DNA from: a virus
Lineage: Duplodnaviria; Caudoviricetes
DNA: 64,000 nt
Strand: one strand, 5' to 3'
IMG/VR virus record: IMGVR_UViG_3300033072_000957
Location: 1 to 64,000 of that record
The position numbers were made by a program, and so were the translations under genes. This document shows, piece after piece, positions 27,113 to 39,000 of this stretch (position 1 is its first letter; each line of letters begins with the position of its first letter). Under the pieces are notes generated by a model. That model was not told the DNA's origin and did no database searches. It saw nothing but the letters and a program-made list of their open reading frames with translations.

Positions 27113-30100
27113 TTAAAATCCTCCACTACAAACTCCTGAAGATGTGAACATTCCAAATGAATTTATTGTTCCATATACAGTACCATCAGAATAATAATCA
27201 CTACTATTTCCAACTATTGTTTGTCCTATACTATTAGTGTAATAATATCCATTTACCAATGTAGTCATTATTGGATGATATACAAACGCTCCACTAGTTA
27301 AATAAACATCGCAAGCATCTTGACCGCTCACAAAACTAACCCCAACCGCTATCGGATTTAAACCCGTTCCATTTGTTGGTGTTATTGTTGGTGTTGGTGA
27401 TGGGGATACTCCACATTCTGTTATTGTATAACCACCAACGATATTTATTGCCTTAATTGCTGCAGTATCAATGTATAGTGCCGAACTACAAGGACAAGGA
27501 CATCCAGGGGAACCGTCAACTTGTGAGTCTGTATAGACACTTACCGTGTGTCCCGTAGACCCTGAATTTATTGTGAAAGTTCCTGTAAAAATTCCACCAC
27601 CACCATAAGATGTGGTAGTACCTGTAAACACAATATCAAAAGTTGTTGGTGAATTTATTTGATTACCATTTGTATCTTTTAATATAAATGTATAAACTTC
27701 TTCAGTATCATAATAACCAGGACAATCTAGAGATGCGTATGAATTAGTTGCAACTGTATATTGATAACAGAATGCAGTTGCCGGTGTTACAGTTACTGTA
27801 GGTGTTACTGTCGGTGTTTGTGTAAGTGTTATTGTTGGTGTTTGTGTGACAGTTGGTGTTGGTGTTGGTGATTCATAATTAGGACTTTGTGTTGGTGTCT
27901 GCGTAACCGTTACCGACGGTGTAACTGTTGGTGTTTGTGTGACAGTTGGTGTTGGTGTTTGCGTAACTGTGTTAGTTACTGTTATAGTTGGAGTAACTGT
28001 CGGTGTAATTGTGTGTGTTGGTGTTACCGTAATAGTTGGTGTAGGTGTAGGTGTTGGTATACCAAAATCAAATTCTAATTGAATTAAAAAATTGAAAGAC
28101 TTCATCACCGTACAACTATGTGGACCATATTTGTAAGATTTAAATCTAACTTTCTCAATCCCGTTTTCATCGACAAAAAATTCATACGATAATAATGGTA
28201 ATAAAGTGGTGCCGGTAATTCCTGAATAATTTATACTTTGTCCATATTCAGTATCTTTACCCACATTATTTGGCGTGAAAGGTAATGACGTTGTGCCTGT
28301 GTACGCATATGTAGTATTAATATATTGTGTTGCACCTGTTATTGCATTTTTCCACAAATATTTTAGTTTAGTATAATCGGGGCTAAATGAACCACCTCCA
28401 TCATAAACTCTTGCATTACCAGTATTTGATGTGTTACCGCTAAGTAATGCATACGTTGTGGATTGACTACCACTTCCAGCATATCTCACTCCATCCAATT
28501 CAAAAACAGGATAGAATTTAACCCAACCATCTTTTTCGTAATCTAATCCAAAATAATTTTCTAATGTGACTCCACTATATAAATCTACTGTTAATTCTTC
28601 TTCAAAATAATCATAGCTCGGGTCATTAGGTTCAGGATAAACGTCATCTATCATTTCAAATATTTGACAAGGTTTTCTATGTCTATATTTTGAACGACCG
28701 AATTTATGATTCTCGATAATGTTACCACCAGTCCATAATGTTGTTGATGGGATTATCTGGTCTAATACCTGTACCCAATATGGACTCATCTTTTCAATGA
28801 ATTGATTTACTAAAACAAAATCATATGATGTGAAACCTGTGTGAGTACTTGTAATATAATCTCTAAAAATATCTTCTAAGTCAATATAATTGTTTCTATA
28901 TTTTACAGTATTAGAATGTTTAATCGTATTACTTAATGCAGTGTTTAGATATTCTTCAAAAGTATATCCTGTTTGTGGGTGTAAACTATTCGTACCAAAA
29001 GTTAATTCTAAATCTCTTGATTGTCTATAAATGTCATACTCAACCGCTTGTGATGGTGATAAATAAATGCTGATATTTTTTCTATTTAATACCAATGCAC
29101 TATTTTCATTATCAGAAATGATTTTTTTATTATCAACTCTTGATGAAATATCAAAACCATAATCTAATCCTGGTAATGTTCTAAAATTATCAAAATAGTC
29201 TTCACCATATGTGTATCCTTTTGATTTTGTTTTTAAGGTTTTAGTTCTTCCCGATGTAATTGAATTGTCAATATCTAAAATATCTGGTGACCTATGGTCT
29301 AATGTTAAATCATACCAACCGGCACCTTTTTGGAAAAATATATCACTACTTAAATTAGTAACCTTTCTTGGTAAATTATTATCATCAATAGGATAATCTT
29401 CTCTACTTAATGTTGTTGAACCTGTTGTGGTTCCCGTTGCATAACTATACGTACTTTCAGTAAATCCTGTTGCAACAACATCTATTTTAGAACCTTGTAT
29501 TAAATTATATAAATCATCTTGAACTGCTGAACTTGGTATTGATTTAACATCATATACATATTCGTTAATCTTTATCATAGGTTCAGGTGCACCTAAGAAT
29601 CTTAAAAAGAATTCAATAGATTGTCTTGTACCTTTTGATTTATATATGTAAGATAAATTAACTAATAATCTTCTATAAAATTCATATTCGGCTTCGACTT
29701 GGTTTTTACCAATTGTTAAACCTGAATAAGTTGTTTCTTGTCTATTATATACACTATCCTCAATTGTTTTTTCATCAAACAAATTGATAGTACTTAATCC
29801 TAAGTTTTCTGCTAAATTTTTTAAAAGTAAATCAGGAACGTTATTGATACCGTCATAACTAACGTGTCTCATAAACGCAATATTGTCAATGTACTTTTTT
29901 ACTCTATCAAAATTTTGTCCATATAATTGGAAGATAGCTTCAGATTTTTTATCATCTGTATCAAATTCAAATAATTGTGGTGCAGTTAAAAATCTAACAA
30001 CTAAATTAGATTTGTAGTCGTCAATTTCTTCCGCTAAAGAACTTAAGTTATCAATATATTCTTGATAATCTAACCCTGTCGTTTGTAGATTCCAACCATC

Positions 30101-30991
30101 TTTTGTTAAAGGCCAATTAACTTCTACCGATACGATATCAGTAAATGTTCCGTCAGAATTATCTCTCGGAACTTTAAAACTTGCTTGGTATTTTGGATTT
30201 GTTTCTCTGTTTAATAATTGACTTTCTAAATCGTCTAAACTATCAAAAAATTCTTCTGTTACACCATTATTTGGTCTAATTAAAAAAGTATCTGTTACTC
30301 CGGTATATTCGCCGAATGGTTTTCCATCAACTGTTAAAATTAAGTTTGTTGTATCTGTTGGTTCAACATATGATAGAATGTTATATGTTTTACCACTATA
30401 TTCTAAAATATACTTTGTGTAAGTTGAGAAAAAATTTCTAAAATTATTTTCAACTTCAGGTAGTGTGTTACTAATTGGTTGTGATAAAACAATATCAAAT
30501 GGATTATATAATATAGATTTCTCTATTTCAAATTGTGTGCTTTTTGAAACGTCACTATATGAAATATTTTGAGCAGTGTAATCTGAAACTTTAATTGGTG
30601 TGTCTGCATCAACTTGCATCGCGGCAGGAAATCTTTTTACAATATTCGCAATTGATACCGCAATTCTTTGTTTTAAAGAACCAAATAATGACCTTCCCGC
30701 ATCATCTTTACCACCTCTAAATTTTATTTTTTCTTTTCTTTGTACCGTTCCATCAGTTAATGTTACAACTGATTCGTCTTTTTCTTGTTTTAACTCATCT
30801 AAAGTTAAAAAGTCCGAAAATGGTGCGGTTTTAAAATTTTTGTTATCTCTTTCAGGTACTACTCTATCTAATGTAAAACTTGTATTGGTCAATTGACTAG
30901 TACCATCGGTAATTTGTACACCGACTAAACTATCACTAAATGTTTGTCCCCCTGTTGCTGCCTGACTTGGTACTTTTGTATATTTTGCCAT
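27113..30991 (-). CDS. Large baseplate/tail protein with a mucin-like Thr-Pro tract
   Basis: 1292 aa; YKSKGTRQSIEFFL (baseplate-wedge-like) and (TPT[V/I])n at about 27780-28060. Confidence 0.75.
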   Translation of the reverse strand: MAKYTKVPSQAATGGQTFSDSLVGVQITDGTSQLTNTSFTLDRVVPERDNKNFKTAPFSDFLTLDELKQEKDESVVTLTDGTVQRKEKIKFRGGKDDAGRSLFGSLKQRIAVSIANIVKRFPAAMQVDADTPIKVSDYTAQNISYSDVSKSTQFEIEKSILYNPFDIVLSQPISNTLPEVENNFRNFFSTYTKYILEYSGKTYNILSYVEPTDTTNLILTVDGKPFGEYTGVTDTFLIRPNNGVTEEFFDSLDDLESQLLNRETNPKYQASFKVPRDNSDGTFTDIVSVEVNWPLTKDGWNLQTTGLDYQEYIDNLSSLAEEIDDYKSNLVVRFLTAPQLFEFDTDDKKSEAIFQLYGQNFDRVKKYIDNIAFMRHVSYDGINNVPDLLLKNLAENLGLSTINLFDEKTIEDSVYNRQETTYSGLTIGKNQVEAEYEFYRRLLVNLSYIYKSKGTRQSIEFFLRFLGAPEPMIKINEYVYDVKSIPSSAVQDDLYNLIQGSKIDVVATGFTESTYSYATGTTTGSTTLSREDYPIDDNNLPRKVTNLSSDIFFQKGAGWYDLTLDHRSPDILDIDNSITSGRTKTLKTKSKGYTYGEDYFDNFRTLPGLDYGFDISSRVDNKKIISDNENSALVLNRKNISIYLSPSQAVEYDIYRQSRDLELTFGTNSLHPQTGYTFEEYLNTALSNTIKHSNTVKYRNNYIDLEDIFRDYITSTHTGFTSYDFVLVNQFIEKMSPYWVQVLDQIIPSTTLWTGGNIIENHKFGRSKYRHRKPCQIFEMIDDVYPEPNDPSYDYFEEELTVDLYSGVTLENYFGLDYEKDGWVKFYPVFELDGVRYAGSGSQSTTYALLSGNTSNTGNARVYDGGGSFSPDYTKLKYLWKNAITGATQYINTTYAYTGTTSLPFTPNNVGKDTEYGQSINYSGITGTTLLPLLSYEFFVDENGIEKVRFKSYKYGPHSCTVMKSFNFLIQLEFDFGIPTPTPTPTITVTPTHTITPTVTPTITVTNTVTQTPTPTVTQTPTVTPSVTVTQTPTQSPNYESPTPTPTVTQTPTITLTQTPTVTPTVTVTPATAFCYQYTVATNSYASLDCPGYYDTEEVYTFILKDTNGNQINSPTTFDIVFTGTTTSYGGGGIFTGTFTINSGSTGHTVSVYTDSQVDGSPGCPCPCSSALYIDTAAIKAINIVGGYTITECGVSPSPTPTITPTNGTGLNPIAVGVSFVSGQDACDVYLTSGAFVYHPIMTTLVNGYYYTNSIGQTIVGNSSDYYSDGTVYGTINSFGMFTSSGVCSGGF

Positions 30992-31911
30992 TATAAGTTT
31001 GTAATATTATCGAATCCTAAAGTTTCATCTGTAGTATCTCTTTCCTCTCTAACCTCATACAACGTTTCATTAAATTCATCCTTAACTTCATATAAGTTGT
31101 ATTGTTTGTAGATATTATTATCCTTATCGTAGATAGTGTAGATACCCGGAGTAATTGCTTTAGTTTGATTACCGTAAAGAGCGTGTGCCAATGTACTTGC
31201 ATCGTGCTCAACCATTTCTACTTCAACAGTTGTTGGATTGAAATAGGTGTTAGTTAAAATAATACTCTGACCAGGTTCACCAATAAACGGAACGGAATTA
31301 GGTCTACTTGATGGTGCTGAACTCGGTGTTAATGTTAAAAACAACAAATTAGTTGCTTGGTCTGTATATTGATAACGTATCGCCTTGTCTGACGTATTTG
31401 TTAAATTTGAAACAATAGGTGAACAATAAAATGACGATGTTACCACTCTGTAAAAATTTGGTATTTTTCTACTATTTGTTGGATTTATATACTCAACTCT
31501 ATATCCTACCAATCCTTGTGGTGTAAATCTATTTCTCTCAGCCGTGGCAACATTTGTTAAATCAATTATCAATCCTCTTACTGACGGTAATGATGCTAAA
31601 ATTCCACAATCTGTAATTGTTGTTCTAATTTGCTTTGGTCGAATGTGTAAAGTGTATATTCCTAATTCTGAAAAATCCTCAGCTTTTAATTTTAAATTAT
31701 AAAGTCCACCTAATAACTCAACATTCTGAGCACTTGTGGCTGTGGTTGTGTTAGCGTTGTGGTATATTGGAGTCAATATTTGCTCAGCATCTAACTTGGT
31801 TAAAGTTACTCCCGCAGTTGCGGTTCTACCAGATGTATAATGGTAAAAAATTTCAACGTCCGCTGGTGAAACGTCTGCCGGTCTAACTATACCATAACTT
31901 CCTACTGCCAT
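30991..31911 (-). CDS. Virion structural protein (hypothetical)
   Basis: 306 aa, beta-rich, in the structural operon. Confidence 0.75.
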   Translation of the reverse strand: MAVGSYGIVRPADVSPADVEIFYHYTSGRTATAGVTLTKLDAEQILTPIYHNANTTTATSAQNVELLGGLYNLKLKAEDFSELGIYTLHIRPKQIRTTITDCGILASLPSVRGLIIDLTNVATAERNRFTPQGLVGYRVEYINPTNSRKIPNFYRVVTSSFYCSPIVSNLTNTSDKAIRYQYTDQATNLLFLTLTPSSAPSSRPNSVPFIGEPGQSIILTNTYFNPTTVEVEMVEHDASTLAHALYGNQTKAITPGIYTIYDKDNNIYKQYNLYEVKDEFNETLYEVREERDTTDETLGFDNITNL

Positions 31912-31936
31912 ATTCTTTTAATTAATAAATATAATT

Positions 31937-32443
31937 TTATTGTTTTTTCACTTTAAAATATCCATTTCCATAGACACTTAATTCACCCATATTATCAACC
32001 TCACCTAATCTGAAGTTAACCTCCATTACTCCCTGCTTACCTCTTTCAACATAAACGTCCGAATAAATTGTTGGTTGTTCAACAAATCCCAAGAAATGTT
32101 CATTTCTCGTTAACATTCTTTCAAAAACTTCTTCTTTTGTAAAATTCGCAGTATTACCTGTTAATAGTGTATAACCATCGGGAAAATCTCTATAACTTAC
32201 ATTATCAATTGTGTATCCCGTATATTCACTTGTTATTGTAATACCCGTGTATGAATTTTGACCATATTTTTTAAGTTCGGATATTTTACTTTGACCTATA
32301 CCTAAAAAATACGTTGTACCTGTAAATGTGGTATAACCCGTATTGTTTGTATAGTCTAAATCATTTAAATAACTTTGTGTTATTCCTGATTCGGGACTAC
32401 TATAAGGTATTGTAAATTCAATTTCTCCGAAATATGTGGCCAT
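31937..32443 (-). CDS. Virion structural protein (hypothetical)
   Basis: 168 aa, T/G/Y-rich. Confidence 0.7.
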   Translation of the reverse strand: MATYFGEIEFTIPYSSPESGITQSYLNDLDYTNNTGYTTFTGTTYFLGIGQSKISELKKYGQNSYTGITITSEYTGYTIDNVSYRDFPDGYTLLTGNTANFTKEEVFERMLTRNEHFLGFVEQPTIYSDVYVERGKQGVMEVNFRLGEVDNMGELSVYGNGYFKVKKQ

Positions 32444-32520
32444 TTTATATTATTCTACACTAGTAAATATCTTTACATAGTTTTTGATTAATATAAACAA
32501 TAATTTAAACTAAATAAATG

Positions 32521-33117
32521 TTAGCAGTCGGTGAAATTTAATTGGGTAGATTTACCCGTCATATTGACACTTCCACCATATTGTGTGGTTGTATATGTGA
32601 AAGAATAGGTTCCTGCGGTTGTCAAATATAAAGAACCTGAATAACTTCCTGTAGATGGTGCGTTAACAACAACCGATGTTGGTGACGGGTTTGGTGTTCC
32701 GTTTGTACCGTAAACCTCTAATTCGGAACTTAGGGTTGCATTTCCATCTTCAGTTAAATAATTTAAAACTAATTCAATTTTTGGTTCTGAATTAAATACG
32801 ATAATATTAACGCTTTCTTGATTTGTGCAATTTTCAGAATTACTTCCCGCAATTGCAGAATAATCGCCACAATTTATATTATTAATTTGATAACCGTCTA
32901 ATAATGTAGTTCTAGAAACTCCTGTTGCAATTGTTCTTCCCGTTACAAAATTATCAAATAAACCTATAGTACCTAAAACGGTACCCGTTCCATTATGTGG
33001 ATTGGTTCCTGATGTAATGGATAAACCTGTCGATGTTGCATTATTTACTACTATTGTAAAATTATCAACACTTGGTGACGTAGTTCCCGTAAATTTTATA
33101 ACGATATTTTTAGACAT
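32521..33117 (-). CDS. Ig-like/beta-rich virion protein (paralog of the next gene)
   Basis: Shares TIATGV.R...GYQIN.I.CGD with 33121-33807. Confidence 0.7.
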   Translation of the reverse strand: MSKNIVIKFTGTTSPSVDNFTIVVNNATSTGLSITSGTNPHNGTGTVLGTIGLFDNFVTGRTIATGVSRTTLLDGYQINNINCGDYSAIAGSNSENCTNQESVNIIVFNSEPKIELVLNYLTEDGNATLSSELEVYGTNGTPNPSPTSVVVNAPSTGSYSGSLYLTTAGTYSFTYTTTQYGGSVNMTGKSTQLNFTDC

Positions 33118-33120
33118 TTA

Positions 33121-33807
33121 TTATACGGGGTCTATTGAATTACATCCGGGATTATATGTCAGTCTAGCGCTTTTACCTGTCGTACTCGAACCCGTCCAAG
33201 TTATTACAAATTGAATCGCGTATGTCCCTGTAAAAATAGTGTTACCGCTGAATAAATTAAATCCTCCTGTGGTTGATGAAGTTCCTGTTGGTTGAGTCAC
33301 AGATGACGTTTGTAAAGTTGGGTATTGTGTTAAAGCTTCTCCTGACGTACCTGAATAATATAAAGTCGCGGTAACCGTTTCGGTGCTTGAATATATTGGG
33401 TTTTGTGCTTGAATTGTAATACTTGGTGTGTTAGTTACATATAAAATTTCCTTTATTGCACTTGAGCTACACTGACCTGTACTTGTAATACTTAATACTC
33501 TATCTCCACAAGCAATTCCATTAATTTGATATCCTGATGATATTGATGGTGTTCCGGTTCTTTGTACACCTGTTGCTATTGTGGTTGCTGCTCCATTAGT
33601 ATCGTTAAAAACTTTTAATGTTCCTCTCCAAGTCGTTCCATTCGAGTCTGTGGGTGTACATAATATGGTTTGTACACCATCATAATTCGGTCCACTAGTT
33701 CTTGTAAAAGTACCTTCAGAGTAGTTCTGTTTGGTAATAGTAAAAGGACCGGCAACCGCCGATGGGGTTGGACTTGCACTAAAACTTATTTGTATATCTC
33801 TAGCCAT
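33121..33807 (-). CDS. Ig-like/beta-rich virion protein (paralog of the previous gene)
   Basis: Shares TIATGV.R...GYQIN.I.CGD with 32521-33117. Confidence 0.7.
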   Translation of the reverse strand: MARDIQISFSASPTPSAVAGPFTITKQNYSEGTFTRTSGPNYDGVQTILCTPTDSNGTTWRGTLKVFNDTNGAATTIATGVQRTGTPSISSGYQINGIACGDRVLSITSTGQCSSSAIKEILYVTNTPSITIQAQNPIYSSTETVTATLYYSGTSGEALTQYPTLQTSSVTQPTGTSSTTGGFNLFSGNTIFTGTYAIQFVITWTGSSTTGKSARLTYNPGCNSIDPV

Positions 33808-33838
33808 AATTGTTATATTTTATAAATATTATATTTTT

Positions 33839-35332
33839 TTAAAGTAAATTTGAAACATAACCATAGAATTGGTAAGTGTGATTACCACTCTCCGCTAATT
33901 GTATCACAGGTGAATCAATGTATTGACCATCCGCACCATTTGGATTATAATCATATCCTGGAATTCCGAAATCTTCAGACCATTCTACTTGTGCCTTTAT
34001 ACTACTTGACGATGCTGAAGACCTAGTAACTCTAGCATAGTAATAATAACCCGGAGTACCATAAACAGATATTGGTGATCCTGAAGTATTTTTACTTGTC
34101 ACAAATGTAAATGTAACATTATCAGAAGATTGATAAAGTGCAATACTACCTTGTGTCGCTGGTGCTAAAACTAAACTTAATTGAATTGGGAACTGTGATG
34201 TTGGTGAACAAGGACTTAATCCGCTCGGTGGTGTTGCATAATAGTTACAACCGTATGCATCTAAATAATATCCTTGATATGGTGTCACCGTTGGTGTTAT
34301 TGTTGGTGTAACAGTTGGTGTTTTGGTAACTGTCGGCGTAATAGTAGTTGTCGGTGTAATACTAATAGTTGGTGTTACTGTTGGCGTTTTTGTAACCGTA
34401 GGTGTAACTGTAACTGTTGGCGTTTGCGTTAATGTTATAGTTGGCGTTTGTGTAACAGTTGGTGTTGGTGTAGGTGTAAGGATTGTAACGTCAATTCCAA
34501 AATTACAATATGGAGTTGGTGTAGGTGTTTGAGTTACTGTTGGGGTAACTGTAGTTGTTGGTGTAATTGAAATTGTAGGTGTAATGGTTGGCGTTTGTGT
34601 TCTTGTTGGCGTAACCGTATTGGTAGGTGTTATAGTCGGTGTTAAACTTATTGTTGGTGTAACAGTTGGTGTCTTAGTAACTGTTGGCGTTAAAGTGATA
34701 GTTGGTGTAATAGAAATAGTAGGTGTAATGGTTGGTGTTATCGAAATAGTAGGAGTTACTGTTACAGTTGGTGTAATTGTAGGTGTTTGTGTAACTGTAG
34801 GCGTAACAGTTGATGTTTGAGTAACTGTTGGTGTTGGGGTTGGTGTTAATATTGTTACATCAATACCAAAATCACAATATGGTGATGGAGTTACAGTTGG
34901 AGTAATTGTAGATGTTACCGTTACTGTAGGTGTTACCGTTACTGTAGGTGTTACCGTTACTGTTGGTGTAATAGTTGGTGTAATTGTAGGTGTTACTGTT
35001 ACAGTTGGTGTAATAGTTGGCGTAATTGTAGGTGTCTGTGTAACAGTTGGTGTAGGTGTTGGTGTTCTTGTTTCAAGAGTTATAGTGTATGGTATATTAA
35101 GACCATTTACTTTATTTACTACAATAATACTTGAGGAACCATCGGGTATAATAATTGGAACTCCTGTTTCACCATTATTATCAATCGTTAAATCGTGATA
35201 TGTTAAATCTTGAGCATATTGGTTGTTATCGTATCTAATGGCAAGATTCGATGAGCTAACACTATCGTGGTAGATATCATAAGGACCTGGTGAGGTTCCT
35301 GACTGTAATTCTATGTAAAAATATCTTGCCAT
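33839..35332 (-). CDS. Mucin-like Thr-Pro repeat virion protein
   Basis: About 260 aa of TPT(V/I) repeats interrupted by two YC(D/N)FGIDVTIL modules. Confidence 0.8.
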   Translation of the reverse strand: MARYFYIELQSGTSPGPYDIYHDSVSSSNLAIRYDNNQYAQDLTYHDLTIDNNGETGVPIIIPDGSSSIIVVNKVNGLNIPYTITLETRTPTPTPTVTQTPTITPTITPTVTVTPTITPTITPTVTVTPTVTVTPTVTVTSTITPTVTPSPYCDFGIDVTILTPTPTPTVTQTSTVTPTVTQTPTITPTVTVTPTISITPTITPTISITPTITLTPTVTKTPTVTPTISLTPTITPTNTVTPTRTQTPTITPTISITPTTTVTPTVTQTPTPTPYCNFGIDVTILTPTPTPTVTQTPTITLTQTPTVTVTPTVTKTPTVTPTISITPTTTITPTVTKTPTVTPTITPTVTPYQGYYLDAYGCNYYATPPSGLSPCSPTSQFPIQLSLVLAPATQGSIALYQSSDNVTFTFVTSKNTSGSPISVYGTPGYYYYARVTRSSASSSSIKAQVEWSEDFGIPGYDYNPNGADGQYIDSPVIQLAESGNHTYQFYGYVSNLL

Positions 35333-35341
35333 TTATTATAA

Positions 35342-36091
35342 TTACTGATTTATTAGATTGTAATTTTCTTCAATATTTAAAACATAATCAACTTCAGATT
35401 CACCCACAAAAACCTTGTCGGTATACACAAAGAGTTTATTTTCGCCATCATCAAATATTGAAGATTTATATATGTTTGTTTGATTATCACTCTCAATTTT
35501 ATTTACAATGTTTGTATCTAAATCAATTACAAAAGTTTTAAAATTGTCATCAGATTGTCCTGTAAATAAAATTTTGTTTTGGTCAAAAACGGGTATTATT
35601 CTAACAATATTTTGTGTATACGGAGAACAGTCAAATATCACTGTATCATTCATTAAAATATCGTCACTTTTAACATCTAAAATATATTTTTCATTTTTTA
35701 CAAACCCAGTTCTTACTCTATCTTTTATTATTAAATTTGTCACATTTTTGGTTTCAAAATCAAAATCACCTTGAACTAAAAAATATTTTAAGGGCTCTTG
35801 GTCTACCATTTTGTGTGCACCAATTACATAACTTATTTTATTTTCATACAAATATCCATTACATTCAGCAATAACCTCATAATTTTCATTTTCATATGTT
35901 ATCGTATTCGGAGTATTAATTGTTGATTTTATATAATTTGAATCTAAAATTGATAATTTCCAATAATCTTCAGATGCATCATCCTCACCAAATTTAAAAT
36001 TAAATCTTTGGTTTGTAAATTCACTAACAATGATATTGATTTCATTATTATGTTTAAAAATATACGGCTGATGTAAATTTTGTATTTTCAT
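35342..36091 (-). CDS. Hypothetical protein inserted among fibre genes
   Basis: 249 aa ORF, N/I/K-rich, unlike its T/S/G-rich neighbours. Confidence 0.7.
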   Translation of the reverse strand: MKIQNLHQPYIFKHNNEINIIVSEFTNQRFNFKFGEDDASEDYWKLSILDSNYIKSTINTPNTITYENENYEVIAECNGYLYENKISYVIGAHKMVDQEPLKYFLVQGDFDFETKNVTNLIIKDRVRTGFVKNEKYILDVKSDDILMNDTVIFDCSPYTQNIVRIIPVFDQNKILFTGQSDDNFKTFVIDLDTNIVNKIESDNQTNIYKSSIFDDGENKLFVYTDKVFVGESEVDYVLNIEENYNLINQ

Positions 36092-36095
36092 TATT

Positions 36096-39000
36096 TTATG
36101 TATTATACGGTGCTATTGTAAATTTATTACCTTCATATGTATTCAATGCAGTTGGTAATGCGGTTAAAACATTTGATGGGAAGTGTCTAACCGGTCCACC
36201 ATTTTGTGTTGTCCATTGGTCTATAATATAGAATTGTTGTGAACTACAATTCCAAACAATTATTCTCATATATCCAGGATATGGGTGTTTAGGTGGGGTA
36301 AATGTACTTGGTAACCCTGTTAATGTTTTTGTTGTTGGATCATATTCACCTGATGGATATTGGAAATTATAATATCCCGTCTCATACATAAACCATTTCC
36401 ATCCTGTTGTTGTGTTTCCATTTCTTAAACTAAGATTAGACCCTCCCGCACAATAATTTATTGTATTTTTTGTTGGTGTTACAGTTGGTGTAGGTGTCGG
36501 TGGTATTGTTGGACAACTTATTGTGAAATAATATGAATCTCCTAACTGTGTACTTGGGTTTTCAGGTCCTACCTCAACTCTCATTTCGTAAGTACTTCCC
36601 GTTAAATATGTGAAAGTGAAACTACCGGTAGTTCCCGTTGTATTAAGACTACCCGCAGTTCCCCAAGGTCCACTATATGTATTGTCATAACCCACCCAAC
36701 CACTTGTTTGTGCTAATCCACCATTGACATATAAATTAAATCTATTTGGTCTATCATATGCACCATATGTTATTGTTATTGTATTACTATTAACGTAATA
36801 TCCATTTGTGAAATTTAAACAATGAGTAAATGATGTATATGTACTATTGTTATATGAATTAGTTATTGTATCATAACATCTGTTTTCACAGCTTACAGGG
36901 AAAAACTCTCTAGCAACAGGTACAAATGATGTATCCGGTGTTGGTGTAACAGTCGGTGTTATTGTCGGTGTTAGTGTTGGTGTAAGGCTTATTGTTGGTG
37001 TAACTGTAACTGTTGATGTAACTGTAACTGTTGGTGTTTGTGTTAATGTTATAGTTGGTGTAACAGTAAGAGTAGGTGTTGGGGTTGGTGTTAATATTGT
37101 TACGTCTATACCAAAATCACAATAAACACTTGGTGTAAGTGTAATTGTAGGTGTAATAGTTGGTGTAATAGTATTTGTTGGTGTAAATGTATTTGTTGGT
37201 GTAACTGTAACTGTTGGTGTCGGTGTCGGACAAATAAAGTCTGTTGACCAAGTTGCACCATTATCAGATGATTTATAAAGTTTTGTATTATCAACAATCA
37301 TAACTTTAGTACCATCAAAAGAAGTTGCTACACCATTGAACTTACTTGATGGGCTTGCAGTCATTTTATCAACCTTACCATATATTGAAGGTGCTAAAGG
37401 TATATATCTACCAATTCTGTAGGCGTTGTCATTGTTTTCACCGGTAATTACTACTTTAGGTACGTGGTCATCAGAAACGTGACCGTCTCTAATCATATAA
37501 CTTCTCTTACCTTCAAATGACGTATCAATTTGATCCCAAAGTTTTTGAGGATATCCCGAACCTGATGTTGCCTCTTCTAGACTTGTCCAAGAAATACCAT
37601 AATTTGTTGAGTAGTATAAGAAATTCCAATCATAGTAATCATATCCACTACTGTTTGCATAATAGTGGAACGCCGCCAATTGATAACTACCGTCTGGTGA
37701 TACTTTAACATCTGAATAATGATTACCTTGTGAACCAACTCCTGTATTTGTAAATTCTGCACCATAATTTTGTGATATGTATATGGCACCTGAATAACTG
37801 TGCATCATATTACCAGTATAGTCACTAAATTCAAGTGGTATACCTGCAACTACCGTTTGATATAAACCATTATTTGAAATTGAAACCGATGTGAAGTTTT
37901 TACTGTATCCTCCTGCCGGTGTTATTTTTGTCCAAGTAACGCCATAATCTGATGATTTAAATATTTCACCTTTATTATTATATGTATCAAAACCTGATGT
38001 TGTTCTAAAATCTCCACGAGTTGCGGTCATATATTGACCTGAATATGAAATTGAAATACTTGTCCAGTTTTTCTCTCCATTATTTGATGAAGTACTAGCA
38101 CCATATGATGAGCTATCAGCAGCAAATTGGGTTGTTAATTTTGTCCAACTACTACCATAATCTGATGATTTATACAAATAACCACTATAACCATTAAGTC
38201 TTTCACCATTCCAAGAAGATGCAAGCATATATTGTCCGTTACCACTCACCGCCACTTTATTCCAAGTTTGAGTACCTATTGATGTTACTCTTTGGAATGT
38301 ATCACCATAATCAGTTGAATATAATAAGAAACCATTCTTAATTGCGGTTACAACATACTTACCATCTATTGCAGATGCATTAGAACCATCATCTGATGCT
38401 TTGTTCATTGCAATTGCAGCATATGGTAATGAAGTACCTGTTGCCAATGTGTTACAATCAAATATTGTTGGCGTTAAAGAAATTGTTGGTGTTAGTGTTG
38501 GTGTTACTGTTGGTGTTACTGTAACCGTCGGCGTTAGTGTTGGTGTTACCGTAACCGTTGGTGTTTGTGTTAATGTTATAGTTGGTGTTGGTGATGGTAC
38601 TGGATCGCCACAATTTATTTCTGATGTAAATCTACAAACATAATTGTTTGGATTTGATGTATCTAATGTATAACCTTCTGGACAACTATAGTTCGTACAG
38701 AATCCTTCACCATATAGGGTTCCATTAGAAACCGTTCCAAAAGATATTAATGCGCCTCCATTGTTTGTAGGATGTCCATAGATTGTTCTACTTGGTAAAT
38801 AATCACCTGTAGAAAAAACAATGTTTACATCATTTTCAGATGTTGCACCCGTCAATTGTGATAATGTATTATCATAAATTTCAGCAGCAAATGAACCAAC
38901 AGAACTTCTATTATAATTTATTAATTCAACTACATTTGGACCTGCCGATAATGTGACAGGATATATGTGCCAATATTTAAAGTTTGCTTGTGGTTGATTA

